Shown: piece by piece, positions 9,216-21,620 of the stretch | How the letters are laid out: the number at the start of each line of letters is the position of its first letter | How positions within the stretch are numbered: position 1 is the first letter of the stretch | NCBI RefSeq assembly: GCF_001194135.2 | Contig: NC_068991.1 | Span: 59,083,270-59,124,806, forward strand | DNA: 41,537 nucleotides | Reading direction: 5' to 3' | Origin: Octopus bimaculoides | Taxonomy: Eukaryota | Notes under the pieces: model-generated | What the model was told of the DNA's origin: nothing | Database searches by the model: none | What the model saw: the letters and a program-made list of their open reading frames with translations, nothing else | Program-made: the position numbers and the translations under genes

Positions 9216-11395
9216 TGTTGTGGAAGGATTCCAGCTAACACTCATTTGACGGAAAAGTGAACTGACTCATTACTATAAAAGAAAGAACTGTGGGCGATTG
9301 ACAGTTCGTGTTGGTAGCTGTGAGCCTTTGATACAGTGCGTTGAACCTCGTGTAATAGTAGTGCGTTTGATTCATTATATTACATTTCCAATACTAGGAT
9401 ATAAAAGTGGCGACGAGTTGTTCGAGGTTTGCGTTGAACATTTGCATTTTTCTTTTCTTTTTTTTGTACGAAACCAAAGAAAAAATAATTCAATATGGAG
9501 AATTTACTAGCCTCTGTGGAGCAGTTGCAACAGCAACTACAGTAGCAGCAACAGCAGTTACAGGAGAGCAACTACAGCAGCAGCGGTAGCAGTAGCAGCA
9601 ACTACAGCATCAACAACAAAGCCACTGTTGAGATTAATGTTGAAGAAGTATGAAAATACTTCAGGTTCATTCTCGCCAGACAGCGGAGCAAACTCAATTG
9701 AAGAATTCAACCATGAACGAGAAGAAGGGATTACCTTCTCGGTATATTTTCGTAGATACGAAGAAATCTTCAAAGAAGAGTGAAAAGTTGGTACGACGAG
9801 AAGAAAGTACGACTAATTTTAAGAAAGTTATCCCCTGCCTAACACGAAACATATAGTAACTATAGTCTGCCGAAGAATCAAATTGAGATTTGTTTCGATG
9901 AAACAGTTAATATTTTATCGAAAATTTTCAGTGAAAATTTCTTGTTCAATATTCGTTTGAATGTTTAAATTCAGTCAAATAAATATGAAGATTTCGTCAC
10001 CTATGCCGCAGTGGTTAACAGAGTGTGAGAAATTCAAATTGAATGAGTTGACCCCGGACATGTTCGAGTCGTTAAATTTTGTTCAAAGGCTTAATGCAAG
10101 TAAAAATGCAGATATACATTCCCGGATATTGACAAAATTAGAACGGGACCAAAATTTAACTGTACAGGCAGTGGTAAAAGAATGTGAGAGGATTATTAAT
10201 TTCCGGCATAACGCAAATAAAACTGAGAAAGATTGCTCTCAGAAACAAGAGAAAAAAAATGTCAAGACCGAATCCATGTTATGAGTGCGGTGGCCTACAT
10301 TTTAAAAATACCAGTCCGTTTAAAAATATAAAATGCTATAAGTGTGGTAAAATAGGCCATAAAATGTCGCATTGTAGGACAAAACCTAAAAAACTGTTCA
10401 ACAGAAAAACTCACGTAAACGGATTATCGGTAACAAGAAATACGAACGAGCCTCAAAGAAAATTTGTGTACGTAAAAATTAATAACACAAACGTAAAGTT
10501 ACAATTGGCTAGAGGCAGCGATATCTCAATAATTAGCAAAGATACATGGAAACAGATCGGGAAATCTAAATTAAATGAAACCTCGGAAAATAGCCGTAGT
10601 GTTTCAGGAAAAAATTATATTTTAAGGGCGCATTGATAAGTAGCATTATATTTCGTGAAAAAAAAAACCTTAAAGGCTAAAGTTTTTGTGTTAAAATAAT
10701 ACAAGAAACTTGTTCAGACGGAATTGTTTAATTTATGGGGCCTTCCAATAAATGTTTTTCCTCCAGTATAAATAAGTCGTTAGATGAATTGAAAAATAAT
10801 TTTTAATATTTTTCCTGAAGTTTTGTCCGATACATTAGGTCTGTTTACCAAAACGAAGGCACGATTTCAAACATAAGAAAACGCTATACCAACATATAAA
10901 AAAAAAAATCGAAGGGTACCATTCGCAACGTTAGCACAGATAAACCTAGATTTAGAGAGACTGGAAAAAAACTAGAGCTAACCAAAAACTGAAATACTCT
11001 GAATGAGCATCACCAACTGTGTTCGTTAAGAAAAAGAATAATGAGATTAGCGTGTACTGATATTTTTCCACTAGAATTGAACGATAAGCGTAAGAGATAT
11101 CAAAATTTAGAGCGGAGTTCAGTTCCAAAAAGGGGAGAAGATAGGAGAGACCGATTCTAAAAAAGGGGATGTTGTGGAAGGATTCCGACTACCACTCAAG
11201 TGACTAAAAGTTGGACTGACTCATTGTCATAAAACAATGAAATGTGAATGATTGGCAGTTAGTGTTGGTAGCAGTTCTCTGTGAGCCTTTGATATAGAGC
11301 GTTGAGTCTCGTGTAATAGTAATAGTAGTGCATTGTGTATATACTTTCTTCCCTACTGCTTCGTTATGTTATATATCCAATACAAGGATGTAAAA
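9216..11395 (+). mobile_element. Ty3/gypsy LTR retrotransposon (Mag/K02A2.6-like), internally deleted
   Basis: Homologous LTRs 9216-9406 and 11170-11395 (TGTTGTGGAAGGATTCC...), PBS-like TGGCGACGAG 9408-9417, PPT AAAAAGGGGA before 11170, near-TSD AATCT/AATCC; gag, protease and the RT N-terminus inside. Confidence 0.88.
9495..11110 (+). pseudogene. Decayed gag-protease-partial RT of gypsy element 1
   Basis: Q-rich N-terminus; gag SIEEFNHEREEGITFSVYFRRYEEIF; knuckles CYECGGLH and CYKCGKIGHKMSHC; protease VKLQLARGSDISII (catalytic Asp lost); RRVPFA RT start; many stops. Confidence 0.85.
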
Positions 11396-11624
11396 AATCC
11401 TAAAGTTGACAAGTGGTTGAGTAAATATATTCACCACTCATTTATCCTTTCATTTTATGGTTTATATACTCCTCATGAAACAATCTCATTAATCGTATCT
11501 CTTGGATTTCGGCTGCATGGAACTCCTCTGCATTGGATAACGCTGTGTTTTGCAAGCTGAGTCCGCTTGAGGAACCTCCAGCGTAGCCGAATGATTATTT
11601 AAATCCATATATTACACTACCAAA

Positions 11625-11670
<46 letters not shown>

Positions 11671-11696
11671 NNNNNNNNNNNNNNNNNNNNNNNNNN

Positions 11697-11739
<43 letters not shown>

Positions 11740-12227
11740 TGCATCTAAATACGACGAATTCCCACATCATTTTCTCTGGTGCGCTAACGATTCCGATAGT
11801 TCTCCGCATTCGTGTGTTTAGCAATATTAATAAGAAATCTGTGAAGATTTGAACTTGAAAGTACGTACTACAAATTCTAAATACAATAAGTCTATCTCTC
11901 TCGACTTTCTATAGCATTCTCCACCACTCCCGAGTCATATTGAAGTCGAGGGAGAAACGATATCATTGTGCCAATACGATTATTCAATTTGGTTGGCAGG
12001 CAATAGAATGTTTTATTTCAATTGATAATAATCTGTACGAAAATATGATTGAATTACTAGCAAACAGCGGATCTGAAATATGGACGAGTGTACACGTGTT
12101 AATAGGCTTGTTGCAAGGAATCTAGTACGAAAATATGTTAAAACATATCTGTAAACAACAGAAGTTCGTAGCAAAATAGTAATTTCGCTACTTGCCTAAA
12201 AATACACATAGATGCTTGTGTATATTG

Positions 12228-12259
<32 letters not shown>

Positions 12260-13029
12260 TGTATGTATGTATGTATGTATGTATGTGTGTGTATGTAATT
12301 CTATTCATATATATATAATTATATTCAGATATGTGTGTGTGCGTATGTGTAAATATGCATATATATATATGTAAATATACATACGTACAGACACATACAT
12401 TCATACATATCGTTCACCTGTTGAATTTTATGTTTAATTCGGAACCTTCAAGCCCACTCGTTGTTCCTTTAAAATACTTTGCACTGACGAGACACGAAAT
12501 GTCAAAACAGTTCTAGCTACAAATATAAATGCATTAACTATAGCTGAAACCAAATTAAGTGTTAAGAAAACATTATGCTACTTGTTAAGTGTTAGAATTA
12601 TTTCATATTGTCTTGTTACTGTATATCTCTAACCAGAACAACTATTATTCCGGAAGAATTTCGACATTTGTCTCATTTCTTCAAGTTTATTCCGTAAACA
12701 AAGCATTTGTAATCGACATTTGTCCATGTTTCCGAGTAGGAGGTGATTGAAATAATAAGGGTTCTGTATAGCCAAACATTGTGTCTTTAGCTGATATTTC
12801 GCTTTTAGTCAGTTTGCAGCTCTTAGTCTTCGAAATATCAAAGTAAAAAAAAAGCTGTCTTTTCACGTCTGATGACGTGTATGGGACTGTCTTGAAACAC
12901 AAAATCTATGACACGTTTTCATTTTTGAACCACGTAGCTTGAATATTTATGTGACGGGCAAGCACATATTCCACTTCAAGTGCGCTCTTTATTTTTGTAC
13001 CCGTGTATCCGTTTTTAGATGCGTCTTCT

Positions 13030-13125
13030 TGGCGCTGAGATGGCTGTGAAGTTAAGAATTTTGCACTGCGATCACGTAGTTTCAGATCTAATCCCACTGT
13101 GCAGTATCTTAGAAAAATACATCAT
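13030..13125 (+). mobile_element. SINE family C head, diverged
   Basis: GGCGCTGAGATGGCTGTGAAGTTAAG...AATCCCACTGTGCAG resembles the heads at 29385 and 36627. Confidence 0.55.
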
Positions 13126-13449
13126 TTCATCGTTCGACATTATGCATACATACATACATACATACATACATATANNNNNNNNNNNNNNNTATATATATAT
13201 ATATCAGTTAATGAATGTGTGTTTGCCACGATACAACGGGTATTAACGCACGGCGCACTCACCCGTGCATAGAAAGAGGCATACACATAAATACACACAG
13301 ACACGCCCATACACATATACATACACATACTCACACACACACACACGCACACACACAAAGCTGGCTTCCTGTAATTATGCTTGCGAATACGAGCGTGCGA
13401 GTGTGTTAGGTTGTACTCTATAGATTTCTAAATATCACAATTGTCTGAT

Positions 13450-13855
13450 GTACAGATGTAAACATACACGATAAATTATCGGCATATGTTCTTATTATTA
13501 TCCTGTAGAGACCCACTACCATAGTTCCCAACCACGAAAGCCTTCATAATGTCTTGTTTACATTTATTGTTGTTGCTTTTTTATATTTTACTGCTTTTGC
13601 TTGTTATTTACTTTCTTTTATTCCATGGCGATACCTCAAATCGTTGTGAATGATATCTATGTATCCCTAGTGATATAATTATTTTATCCTGTAACTCAAT
13701 CCTGCAACTAAATTCTTACAGCCGTCAGTCGATAATGAGCAGATAGATACCACTGTCCTTCGAGATACAGATATAATCTGATCGGAAATATCAATTATGT
13801 ATTGATATTTGAGATTTATATGTAAATTAAATTGGGATTGATGTTACCTATAAAT
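13450..13855 (+). repeat. Unclassified interspersed repeat, copy 1
   Basis: Clear homology to 22590-22930 (e.g. TCAATCCTGCAA, GATAATGAGCAGA, ATATGTAAATTAAATTGGG, ATGTTACCTATA); no conserved reading frame. Confidence 0.75.
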
Positions 13856-13972
13856 AGTTAGAGAAAATAATATATAAATACTTTAAAAAAGCATAAACGC
13901 CAAAATATTCTGAAGAGCTTTCGCCCCCTAGACGTGCGTGTGTGAGTGTGTGTTTGCATGTATGTATGTATG

Positions 13973-14018
<46 letters not shown>

Positions 14019-14019
<1 letters not shown>

Positions 14020-14195
14020 GGCAGTAAATGTTTAACGGTATGTCGCCCGTCTTTATGTTCTGAGTTCAAATTTGGCCGAGGTCGACTTTGCCTTTCATCC
14101 TTTCGGGGTCGATAAAATAAGTACCAGTTGGAGTCCTGGGATCGATGTAATCGATTATCCCCCTCACACAGATTTCAGACATACTGTCTATTGTA
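14019..14195 (+). mobile_element. SINE family A, followed by (TAT)n
   Basis: GTTCTGAGTTCAAATTTGGCCGAGGTCGACTTTGCCTTTCATCCTTTCGGGGTCGATAAAATAAGTACCAG. Confidence 0.85.
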
Positions 14196-14200
14196 GAAAA

Positions 14201-14260
<60 letters not shown>

Positions 14261-14741
14261 CATTATTATCTTCAATCTTTAACAAGAATAGGGGTAACAG
14301 TGACTCCCAGGTTTTGGTTCATTAACCTTTGTTAAACTGTGGTAACAAGGATAAAACTTTGAAATCACTCTCGCTCACCTCTTTTGCAAATGTATATTGG
14401 ATATGTACTCTACCACGAGTATTTATACCAGGTTGTATTATACGATGCGCCATAATTTGAAAGTTACAGAAGTGTGAAGAAACGCATTCTGAAAAGTGGA
14501 GTATAGCGACACCCGATTGTCTGTTCGGTACAATGACACAGTAATAGATGTGTGTGTGTGTGTATATGTATCAATAATTGGTGGATCACTACATACATAC
14601 ATACATACATACATACATACATACATACATACATACATACATACATACATACATACATACGTACGTACGTACGTATACATACAAACACACACACGTACAC
14701 ACATCGAAATATATATTTGTTTATGTATCATTTAATATAAA

Positions 14742-14945
14742 CAGTATAAAGATGAGAGCTACTCATAGTTTCTTGCATTGCAGACGAAGGTCTAGGCAGG
14801 TTTTTATGATATGGCTTGTGTCTCTAAACAATCTTTAGACGCTATGAGCCCGGAGATTGCTAGGAGGCACAAAACGTGCTATAAACTCTGCCTAGACTTG
14901 TGTCTACAATACATGAAGCTATTAGTAGCTCGTATCTTTATACTG
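14742..14945. mobile_element. Fold-back MITE, almost entirely palindromic
   Basis: Arms CAGTATAAAGATGAGAGCTACT... and ...AGTAGCTCGTATCTTTATACTG; about 10 mismatches in the first 58 bp; similarity continues to ~95 bp with a ~15 nt spacer. Confidence 0.8.
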
Positions 14946-15112
14946 TGTACATTAAACGATATTTATCTCTCTTTGGATGGAATACTTTTATGTTGATCTT
15001 ACCTTAACAGAACAGCAAACTATTTAAATATGTATGTATGTATATATGTGTGTGCTTGTATAAGTGTCCGCGTCTGTGTGTTAGTATCGATATAGCAATA
15101 TTATGAAATCTG

Positions 15113-15330
15113 GGTAAGACTGCGAGCTGGCAGAATCGTTCGCACGCCAGGCAAAATGTTTAACGGCATTTCGTCCGTCTTCCTGTTCTGAGTTCAAATT
15201 CATCCGAGGTCGATTTTACTTTTCATCCTTTTAGGGGTCGATAAAATAAGTACTAGTTGAACACTGGGACCGATGATATCCACTTACCCTTCCCTCAAAA
15301 TTGCTGGCCTTGTGCCAAAATTTGAAAGCA
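15113..15330 (+). mobile_element. SINE family A
   Basis: GAGCTGGCAGAATCGTT head, B box GTTCAAATTC, family module. Confidence 0.85.
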
Positions 15331-15359
15331 GCAGTATGAAATTTGGGTAAGACGGTGAA

Positions 15360-15619
15360 CTCAGAACGTAACGGCAGACGAAATACCTATTTCTTTACTG
15401 CCCACAAGGGGCTACACACAGAGGGGACAAACAAGGACAGACAAACGGATTAAGTCGATTATATCGACCCCAGTGCGTAACTGGTACTTAATTTATCGAC
15501 CCCGAAAGGATGAAAGGCAAAGTCGACCTCGGCGGAATTTGAACTCAGAACGCAGTGGCAGACGAAATACCGCTAAGCATTTCGCCCGGCGTGCTAACGT
15601 TTCTGCCAGCTCACCGCCT
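15360..15619 (-). mobile_element. SINE family A (young subfamily) plus the start of a second tandem copy
   Basis: High identity to 17027-17474; runs into the gap at 15620. Confidence 0.88.
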
Positions 15620-17026
15620 NNNNNNNNNNNNNNNNNNNNNNNNNNNNNNNNNNNNNNNNNNNNNNNNNNNNNNNNNNNNNNNNNNNNNNNNNNNNNNNNN
15701 NNNNNNNNNNNNNNNNNNNNNNNNNNNNNNNNNNNNNNNNNNNNNNNNNNNNNNNNNNNNNNNNNNNNNNNNNNNNNNNNNNNNNNNNNNNNNNNNNNNN
15801 NNNNNNNNNNNNNNNNNNNNNNNNNNNNNNNNNNNNNNNNNNNNNNNNNNNNNNNNNNNNNNNNNNNNNNNNNNNNNNNNNNNNNNNNNNNNNNNNNNNN
15901 NNNNNNNNNNNNNNNNNNNNNNNNNNNNNNNNNNNNNNNNNNNNNNNNNNNNNNNNNNNNNNNNNNNNNNNNNNNNNNNNNNNNNNNNNNNNNNNNNNNN
16001 NNNNNNNNNNNNNNNNNNNNNNNNNNNNNNNNNNNNNNNNNNNNNNNNNNNNNNNNNNNNNNNNNNNNNNNNNNNNNNNNNNNNNNNNNNNNNNNNNNNN
16101 NNNNNNNNNNNNNNNNNNNNNNNNNNNNNNNNNNNNNNNNNNNNNNNNNNNNNNNNNNNNNNNNNNNNNNNNNNNNNNNNNNNNNNNNNNNNNNNNNNNN
16201 NNNNNNNNNNNNNNNNNNNNNNNNNNNNNNNNNNNNNNNNNNNNNNNNNNNNNNNNNNNNNNNNNNNNNNNNNNNNNNNNNNNNNNNNNNNNNNNNNNNN
16301 NNNNNNNNNNNNNNNNNNNNNNNNNNNNNNNNNNTATATATATATATATATATATATGATTGTATTTTGTATATACATATATGTATTCTCATATACTTGT
16401 ACGCACATGTATGACACTGTGTGTATGTGTATTTGTATGTGTTGTGTGTGTGTGTACGTGCGTGGTACGTTCGTTCGTGTGTTTGTGAATATACATGCAT
16501 ACAGACACATAATTTTTAAACACATTAGGCAAGAAATATATAGAAGCATAAAATTCCAAACGTCTTAAATAACAGTCCATAATAATGGTATTTCAAATTT
16601 TAAATGGCTCTATTGTTACCATTATCCGAGAACGACATTGTTTATGAGATAAATCGATCTCATTGAATGATATAATTCTCTTTACCGTAATTATAAGATT
16701 CGTATTAGAAAAAATATAAGAAATTCAAAAATATTGAATTATTCAAGAACTGCAAGTTTAGTGCAAGGCAAAATGAAAAATATAAAACAAAAACACTGGA
16801 CTCTTTACGAATCCGTTAAAATTCGTTTTAGCTCCAAGGAGAAATGACACTCTTTGCTTTATGTATTCATATTTATTTCACAAATGATTTACAAAATTTA
16901 AACGTTCTGAATCTTCTGTGCATGCAACTGGAAACTAGTTGTGAATGTTTATAGAAAGAAAATTTTTTTAGACAAGGTATCGTATGAATTCTGCAGCTGA
17001 CAATGGTTATTAGAGTGTGCCTAATG

Positions 17027-17474
17027 TGCGGCGAGCTGGCAGAAACGTTAGCACGCCGGGCGAAATGCTTAGCGGTATTTCGTCTGCCGTTACGTTCTGA
17101 GATCAAATTCCGCTGCGGTCGACTTTCCCTTTCATCCTTTTGGGGTCGATAAATTAAGTACCAGTTATGCACTGAGGTCGATGTAATCGACTTAATCCCT
17201 TTGTCTGTCCTTGTTTGTCCCCCCAATGTTTAGCATCTTGTGGGCAATAAAGAAATAAGAAACGTTAGCATGCCGGGCGAAATGCTTAGCGGTATTTCGT
17301 CTGCCCTTACGTTCTGAGTTCAAATTCCGCCGAGGTCGACTTTGCCTTTCGTACTTTCGGGGTCAATAAATTAAGTACCAGTTACGCACTGGGGTCGATG
17401 TAATCGACTTAATCCCTTTGTCTGTCCTTGTTTGTCCTCTCTATGTTTAACCCCTTGTGGGCAATAAAGAAATA
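17027..17474 (+). mobile_element. Head-to-tail dimer of SINE family A
   Basis: Copy 1 17027-17257 and copy 2 17258-17474 are nearly identical; both end GTGGGCAATAAAGAAATA. Confidence 0.92.
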
Positions 17475-17529
17475 AGAACGTGTCTACGATTGGTTATGCA
17501 AATTCATTTTTAATCGATGCCAAACTTTT

Positions 17530-17789
17530 TATTTTTACTTGTTTCAGCCTTTAGACAGTGGCCATTCTGGGGCAGCATTTTGAAATGCTTAGTCGAACAA
17601 ATCGACCCTAGTGCATTTTTAAAGTCTTACACTTAGTCTATTGGTGTCTTTTTGCCGAACCGCTATGTTAGCTACGTTACAGGGACCTAAATGAACTAAC
17701 ACTGACGTTAGCGGTGGAGAGGAGCGAATATGAAAAACACACACACATAGATAAGTAAACGCACATAGATATGTACGTATGCATTAGTG

Positions 17790-17824
<35 letters not shown>

Positions 17825-18672
17825 NNNNNNNNNNNNNNNNNNNNNNNNNNNNNNNNNNNNNNNNNNNNNNNNNNNNNNNNNNNNNNNNNNNNNNNNNNNN
17901 NNNNNNNNNNNNNNNNNNNNNNNNNNNNNNNNNNNNNNNNNNNNNNNNNNNNNNNNNNNNNNNNNNNNNNNNNNNNNNNNNNNNNNNNNNNNNNNNNNNN
18001 NNNNNNNNNNNNNNNNNNNNNNNNNNNNNNNNNNNNNNNNNNNNNNNNNNNNNNNNNNNNNNNNNNNNNNNNNNNNNNNNNNNNNNNNNNNNNNNNNNNN
18101 NNNNNNNNNNNNNNNNNNNNNNNNNNNNNNNNNNNNNNNNNNNNNNNNNNNNNNNNNNNNNNNNNNNNNNNNNNNNNNNNNNNNNNNNNNNNNNNNNNNN
18201 NNNNNNNNNNNNNNNNNNNNNNNNNNNNNNNNNNNNNNNNNNNNNNNNNNNNNNNNNNNNNNNNNNNNNNNNNNNNNNNNNNNNNNNNNNNNNNNNNNNN
18301 NNNNNNNNNNNNNNNNNNNNNNNNNNNNNNNNNNNNNNNNNNNNNNNNNNNNNNNNNNNNNNNNNNNNNNNNNNNNNNNNNNNNNNNNNNNNNNNNNNNN
18401 NNNNNNNNNNNNNNNNNNNNNNNNNNNNNNNNNNNNNNNNNNNNNNNNNNNNNNNNNNNNNNNNNNNNNNNNNNNNNNNNNNNNNNNNNNNNNNNNNNNN
18501 NNNNNNNNNNNNNNNNNNNNNNNATATATATATATATATATACGTCGGGCTTGTTTCAGTTTCCGTCTACCACGTCCACTCACAAGGTTTTGGTCGGTTT
18601 GAGGCTATAGGAGAAGACACATGTCCAAGGAACCACGTAGTTGGGAGCAAGCTTCTTACCACACAGCCACTC
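17530..18672 (-). mobile_element. SINE family C spanning the 17825-18523 gap
   Basis: 3' half lies left of the gap and 5' half right of it, in the same orientation, with (TA)n on both gap edges. That both halves are one copy is inferred. Confidence 0.65.
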
Positions 18673-18689
18673 CTGCGTATATACATATA

Positions 18690-19140
18690 TATGTCGAGCT
18701 TCTTTCAATTTCCATCCACTAAATCCATGAACAAGTCTTTGATGAGACCGGGGCTATATTAGAAGGCACTTATTCAAGGTGTCATGCACCAGGGACTGAA
18801 CCCATTGTCATGTGGTTGGGAAGCAAACTTCTTACCATGCTGTCACGCCGAAGATTATATTCATTTCTTTTTGAACTGGAGCACAGACTTGACGCGTTTA
18901 GTTGAACGAATCGACCCCCGTAGTCATTTCTTTTTAAAGTCTGGTACCTATTCTGTCGTCTCTTTTTGCCGACCCGCTAAGTTACGAAGACGTAAATAAG
19001 ATAACAAGCTTGTGAAACAGCAAGTGGAGAACGATAAACACAGATAGAAAGACACAAATAGATTCGTTCGATTAAACTCTTCGAGCCGGTGTCCCAGCAT
19101 GGCTGCAGTCCAATGAGTGCTTCAAATAAAAGATAAAAGA
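18690..19140 (-). mobile_element. Cluster of SINE family C fragments
   Basis: 5' half 18690-18845 (-), 3' half 18865-19050 (-), tail 19060-19140 (+). Confidence 0.7.
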
Positions 19141-19787
19141 TGAATTATAGAAAATTTTTGCTGCCAGGTAAATGAACGGTTAGTTGAAAAGCAAGGGTTA
19201 TATCAATTTATAATTTCATGTCTTGTCATATTTCTAATGATACTGAATCGCAGGATAACTGCACTTATACATTTAATTTTTGTAGTGAAACCAATTCGTT
19301 TTCACGCATCATTACAATACGTAGCGCATTCATGAATCTAATTTCATTTGAGGAGAGGGCGAAAATAAGTAAGATAACATTTTAACGATACCATTTAATT
19401 TCTTTTATGAGCGGAAAAAAATCTATTATTATTATATAATTATTCGATAAATTGGAGCGTGAAATAAAGATAGGTTACGAATATGAATTTAGACCATAGC
19501 TCTATATTTTAGGAAAATTTTTTGTAAATTTATAATGTTTTTTTTTTTGTGTGGGGCGGAGCTTTAAGTTTTATAATTGTTAAGGCTATTTATTTTTAAC
19601 AAGACATTATCGCAACATAGACAGTATTGTAACGTAGTTGCTCGTGGCCAATTATTGTAGTATCGACACTATTTATGACGATACTTGTATACACTATAAC
19701 CGTGCAGTCACAATAAACATATAACGAAGCAGAGTAACAACAACGTAACAATCCAACAAACTCTCCACGAACTATACACGAACCAAC

Positions 19788-19841
19788 AAACGATATTCCG
19801 ACAAACTACCAAAACGATATTCCGACAAACTACCAAAACGA
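19788..19841. repeat. 24 bp tandem duplication inside the LTR
   Basis: AAACGATATTCCGACAAACTACCA twice perfectly, plus a partial third unit. Confidence 0.9.
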
Positions 19842-19949
19842 CACCTTACGACTACCTGCGATTAACGCCTACTCTATCCCGATCTCACTCAGACCGCTAC
19901 TATTTATAGTCGTTCGGTCAAATCTATTCTCGCAAGGAGTAACATCGCC

Positions 19950-21620
19950 TCCTTGAGATTTCGACTTCCGTAGGAAAGAAAATTTATTTTATTTCTTCCT
20001 TTCTTTCCAACACCTCTCTCTTTTTGAAATTTTGCTTCCCTAGGGAGTTCAGTATTTTTCCGCTTAGGAATTATTTCTAAATGTTCAGTCTGTTTATGTT
20101 TTCTGTTACTGCTCCTTCTGGGTTCAATCTCTTTCGGTGGTGGTACATCGAATATGTTGTAAAACACTTCCATTGGAATTTCCTTCCTTTCTTCTGTATG
20201 TCTGATATTTAATTGATTTAGGTGTCGTTATGCTCCTATCATTGGCCTTTTATTAAATACACTACTTTGCCAATTCTTTTAGTCACTACACCATCCTGCC
20301 AACTCTCTTTACCGTTCTTGTATACTTCAAAATGGACTTTGTTTCCGACATCAAAATATTTAGTTGAATTTTTCGTATTTTCTTTATGCATTTTTTCCCT
20401 TAGCAACAATCTGACGAAGACCGATTTAAACTTTCGAGCGGACATTAGCTCTGCAGGCGACTTGCCTAAACTGCTATTCGGATTGGGCATTATTCTGTAC
20501 ATCCTTAAGCATTTAGCTAGAGCTTCGTCATTTCCTAACTCGTTCCTTGCAATTTTTAGCGCTCGCTTGAAAGTATCCATGAATTGTTCTTCTTGCCCAT
20601 TTGACCTCGGGTGGTAGGGCGGATTAAACATGTGCTTGATTGCATGCAATTTGCAGAATTTCTAGAACTCGTATCCTGTAAATAGTGTTCCATTGTCCGA
20701 TACTATGATGTCTGGAACACTGTATCGGGAAAAAGATTCGTGAAGGAACTCTATTTTTGTCTTCGAAGTAGGTTGACTGCACCTACATACTTACGCCACT
20801 TGCTATCAATAGTAATCAAGTAGTACTCGCCTTTCACTGGTACAGCGTAGTCTATATGTACCCTGGACCACAGAGTATCAGTCTCAGGCTATGATTGGTA
20901 TTTCACCAATGGTACCTTGGCTGCTAGCGCACAACCTCTACATGATTTTCCTAAATTATCAATGGTCGTCTTCCAATTTTATCTACAATTTTTCTTAAAT
21001 ATTTAATTTTAGGAAAAAAGAATTCACATTTCTTCTCACTGGGTGTGAAACCGTAATCTCTTATTTTTTGGAAAAACACACACTTATTATTTTGAAAAAC
21101 GCACAAGTTCGATATGTTGATCACGAGACTCACTTTTAATTACTACACCTTTGAGGTATGGAATTGCAAATTGACAGTCTGCTAGCATCGCATTCATAAC
21201 CTGTTGAAATATAGCAGGTGCAACCTCCTGAACAAATAGCAATCTATTATGTTTGTATAGTTTTCTGTGCGTATTCACTGTTAGAAGCTTCGGGCATTCC
21301 TCGTCTACTTTAATTTGTAGATACGCATCAGACAGATACGGATCAGACAAATATTTTACCACCATTTAATTTCGCAAAGATATACTTCGAAGTAGGCAGT
21401 GGATTGTGGCACATTTTTAGTCATTCAAACCAGTAGAAAAATCGGCACACACCCTGATTTTGTTTTTGTGTTTTTTTTAATACACACAGGTGTTGCTGCC
21501 CACTTAGAATAATCTGCTTTTTGAATGATTTCCATCTTTTCCAGTCTATCTAATTCTTCCTCTACTTGCTTTATCGCAGCAAATGGTACCTTTCTATTAA
21601 GTTTCAATACAGGTACGACA
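19950..21620 (-). pseudogene. Decayed pol (RT and integrase) of gypsy element 2
   Basis: RT: RKVPFAAIKQVEEELDRLEKM, DAYLQIKVDEECPKLLTVNTHRKLY, APAIFQQVM, KKCEFFFPKIKYL. Integrase: WSRVHIDYA, PPYHPRSNGQEEQFMDTFKRAL, SPAELM. RNase H is absent. Confidence 0.9.

Noticed and set aside
9521-9625. CAG/CAA-rich polyQ tract as a host gene exon
   Set aside because: It lies inside the gypsy gag N-terminus and contains stops.
12484-12503. CTGACGAG-ACA-CGAAATGTC hammerhead-like core
   Set aside because: Stem II is one base pair and the flanks do not form a stem I; too degenerate to call.
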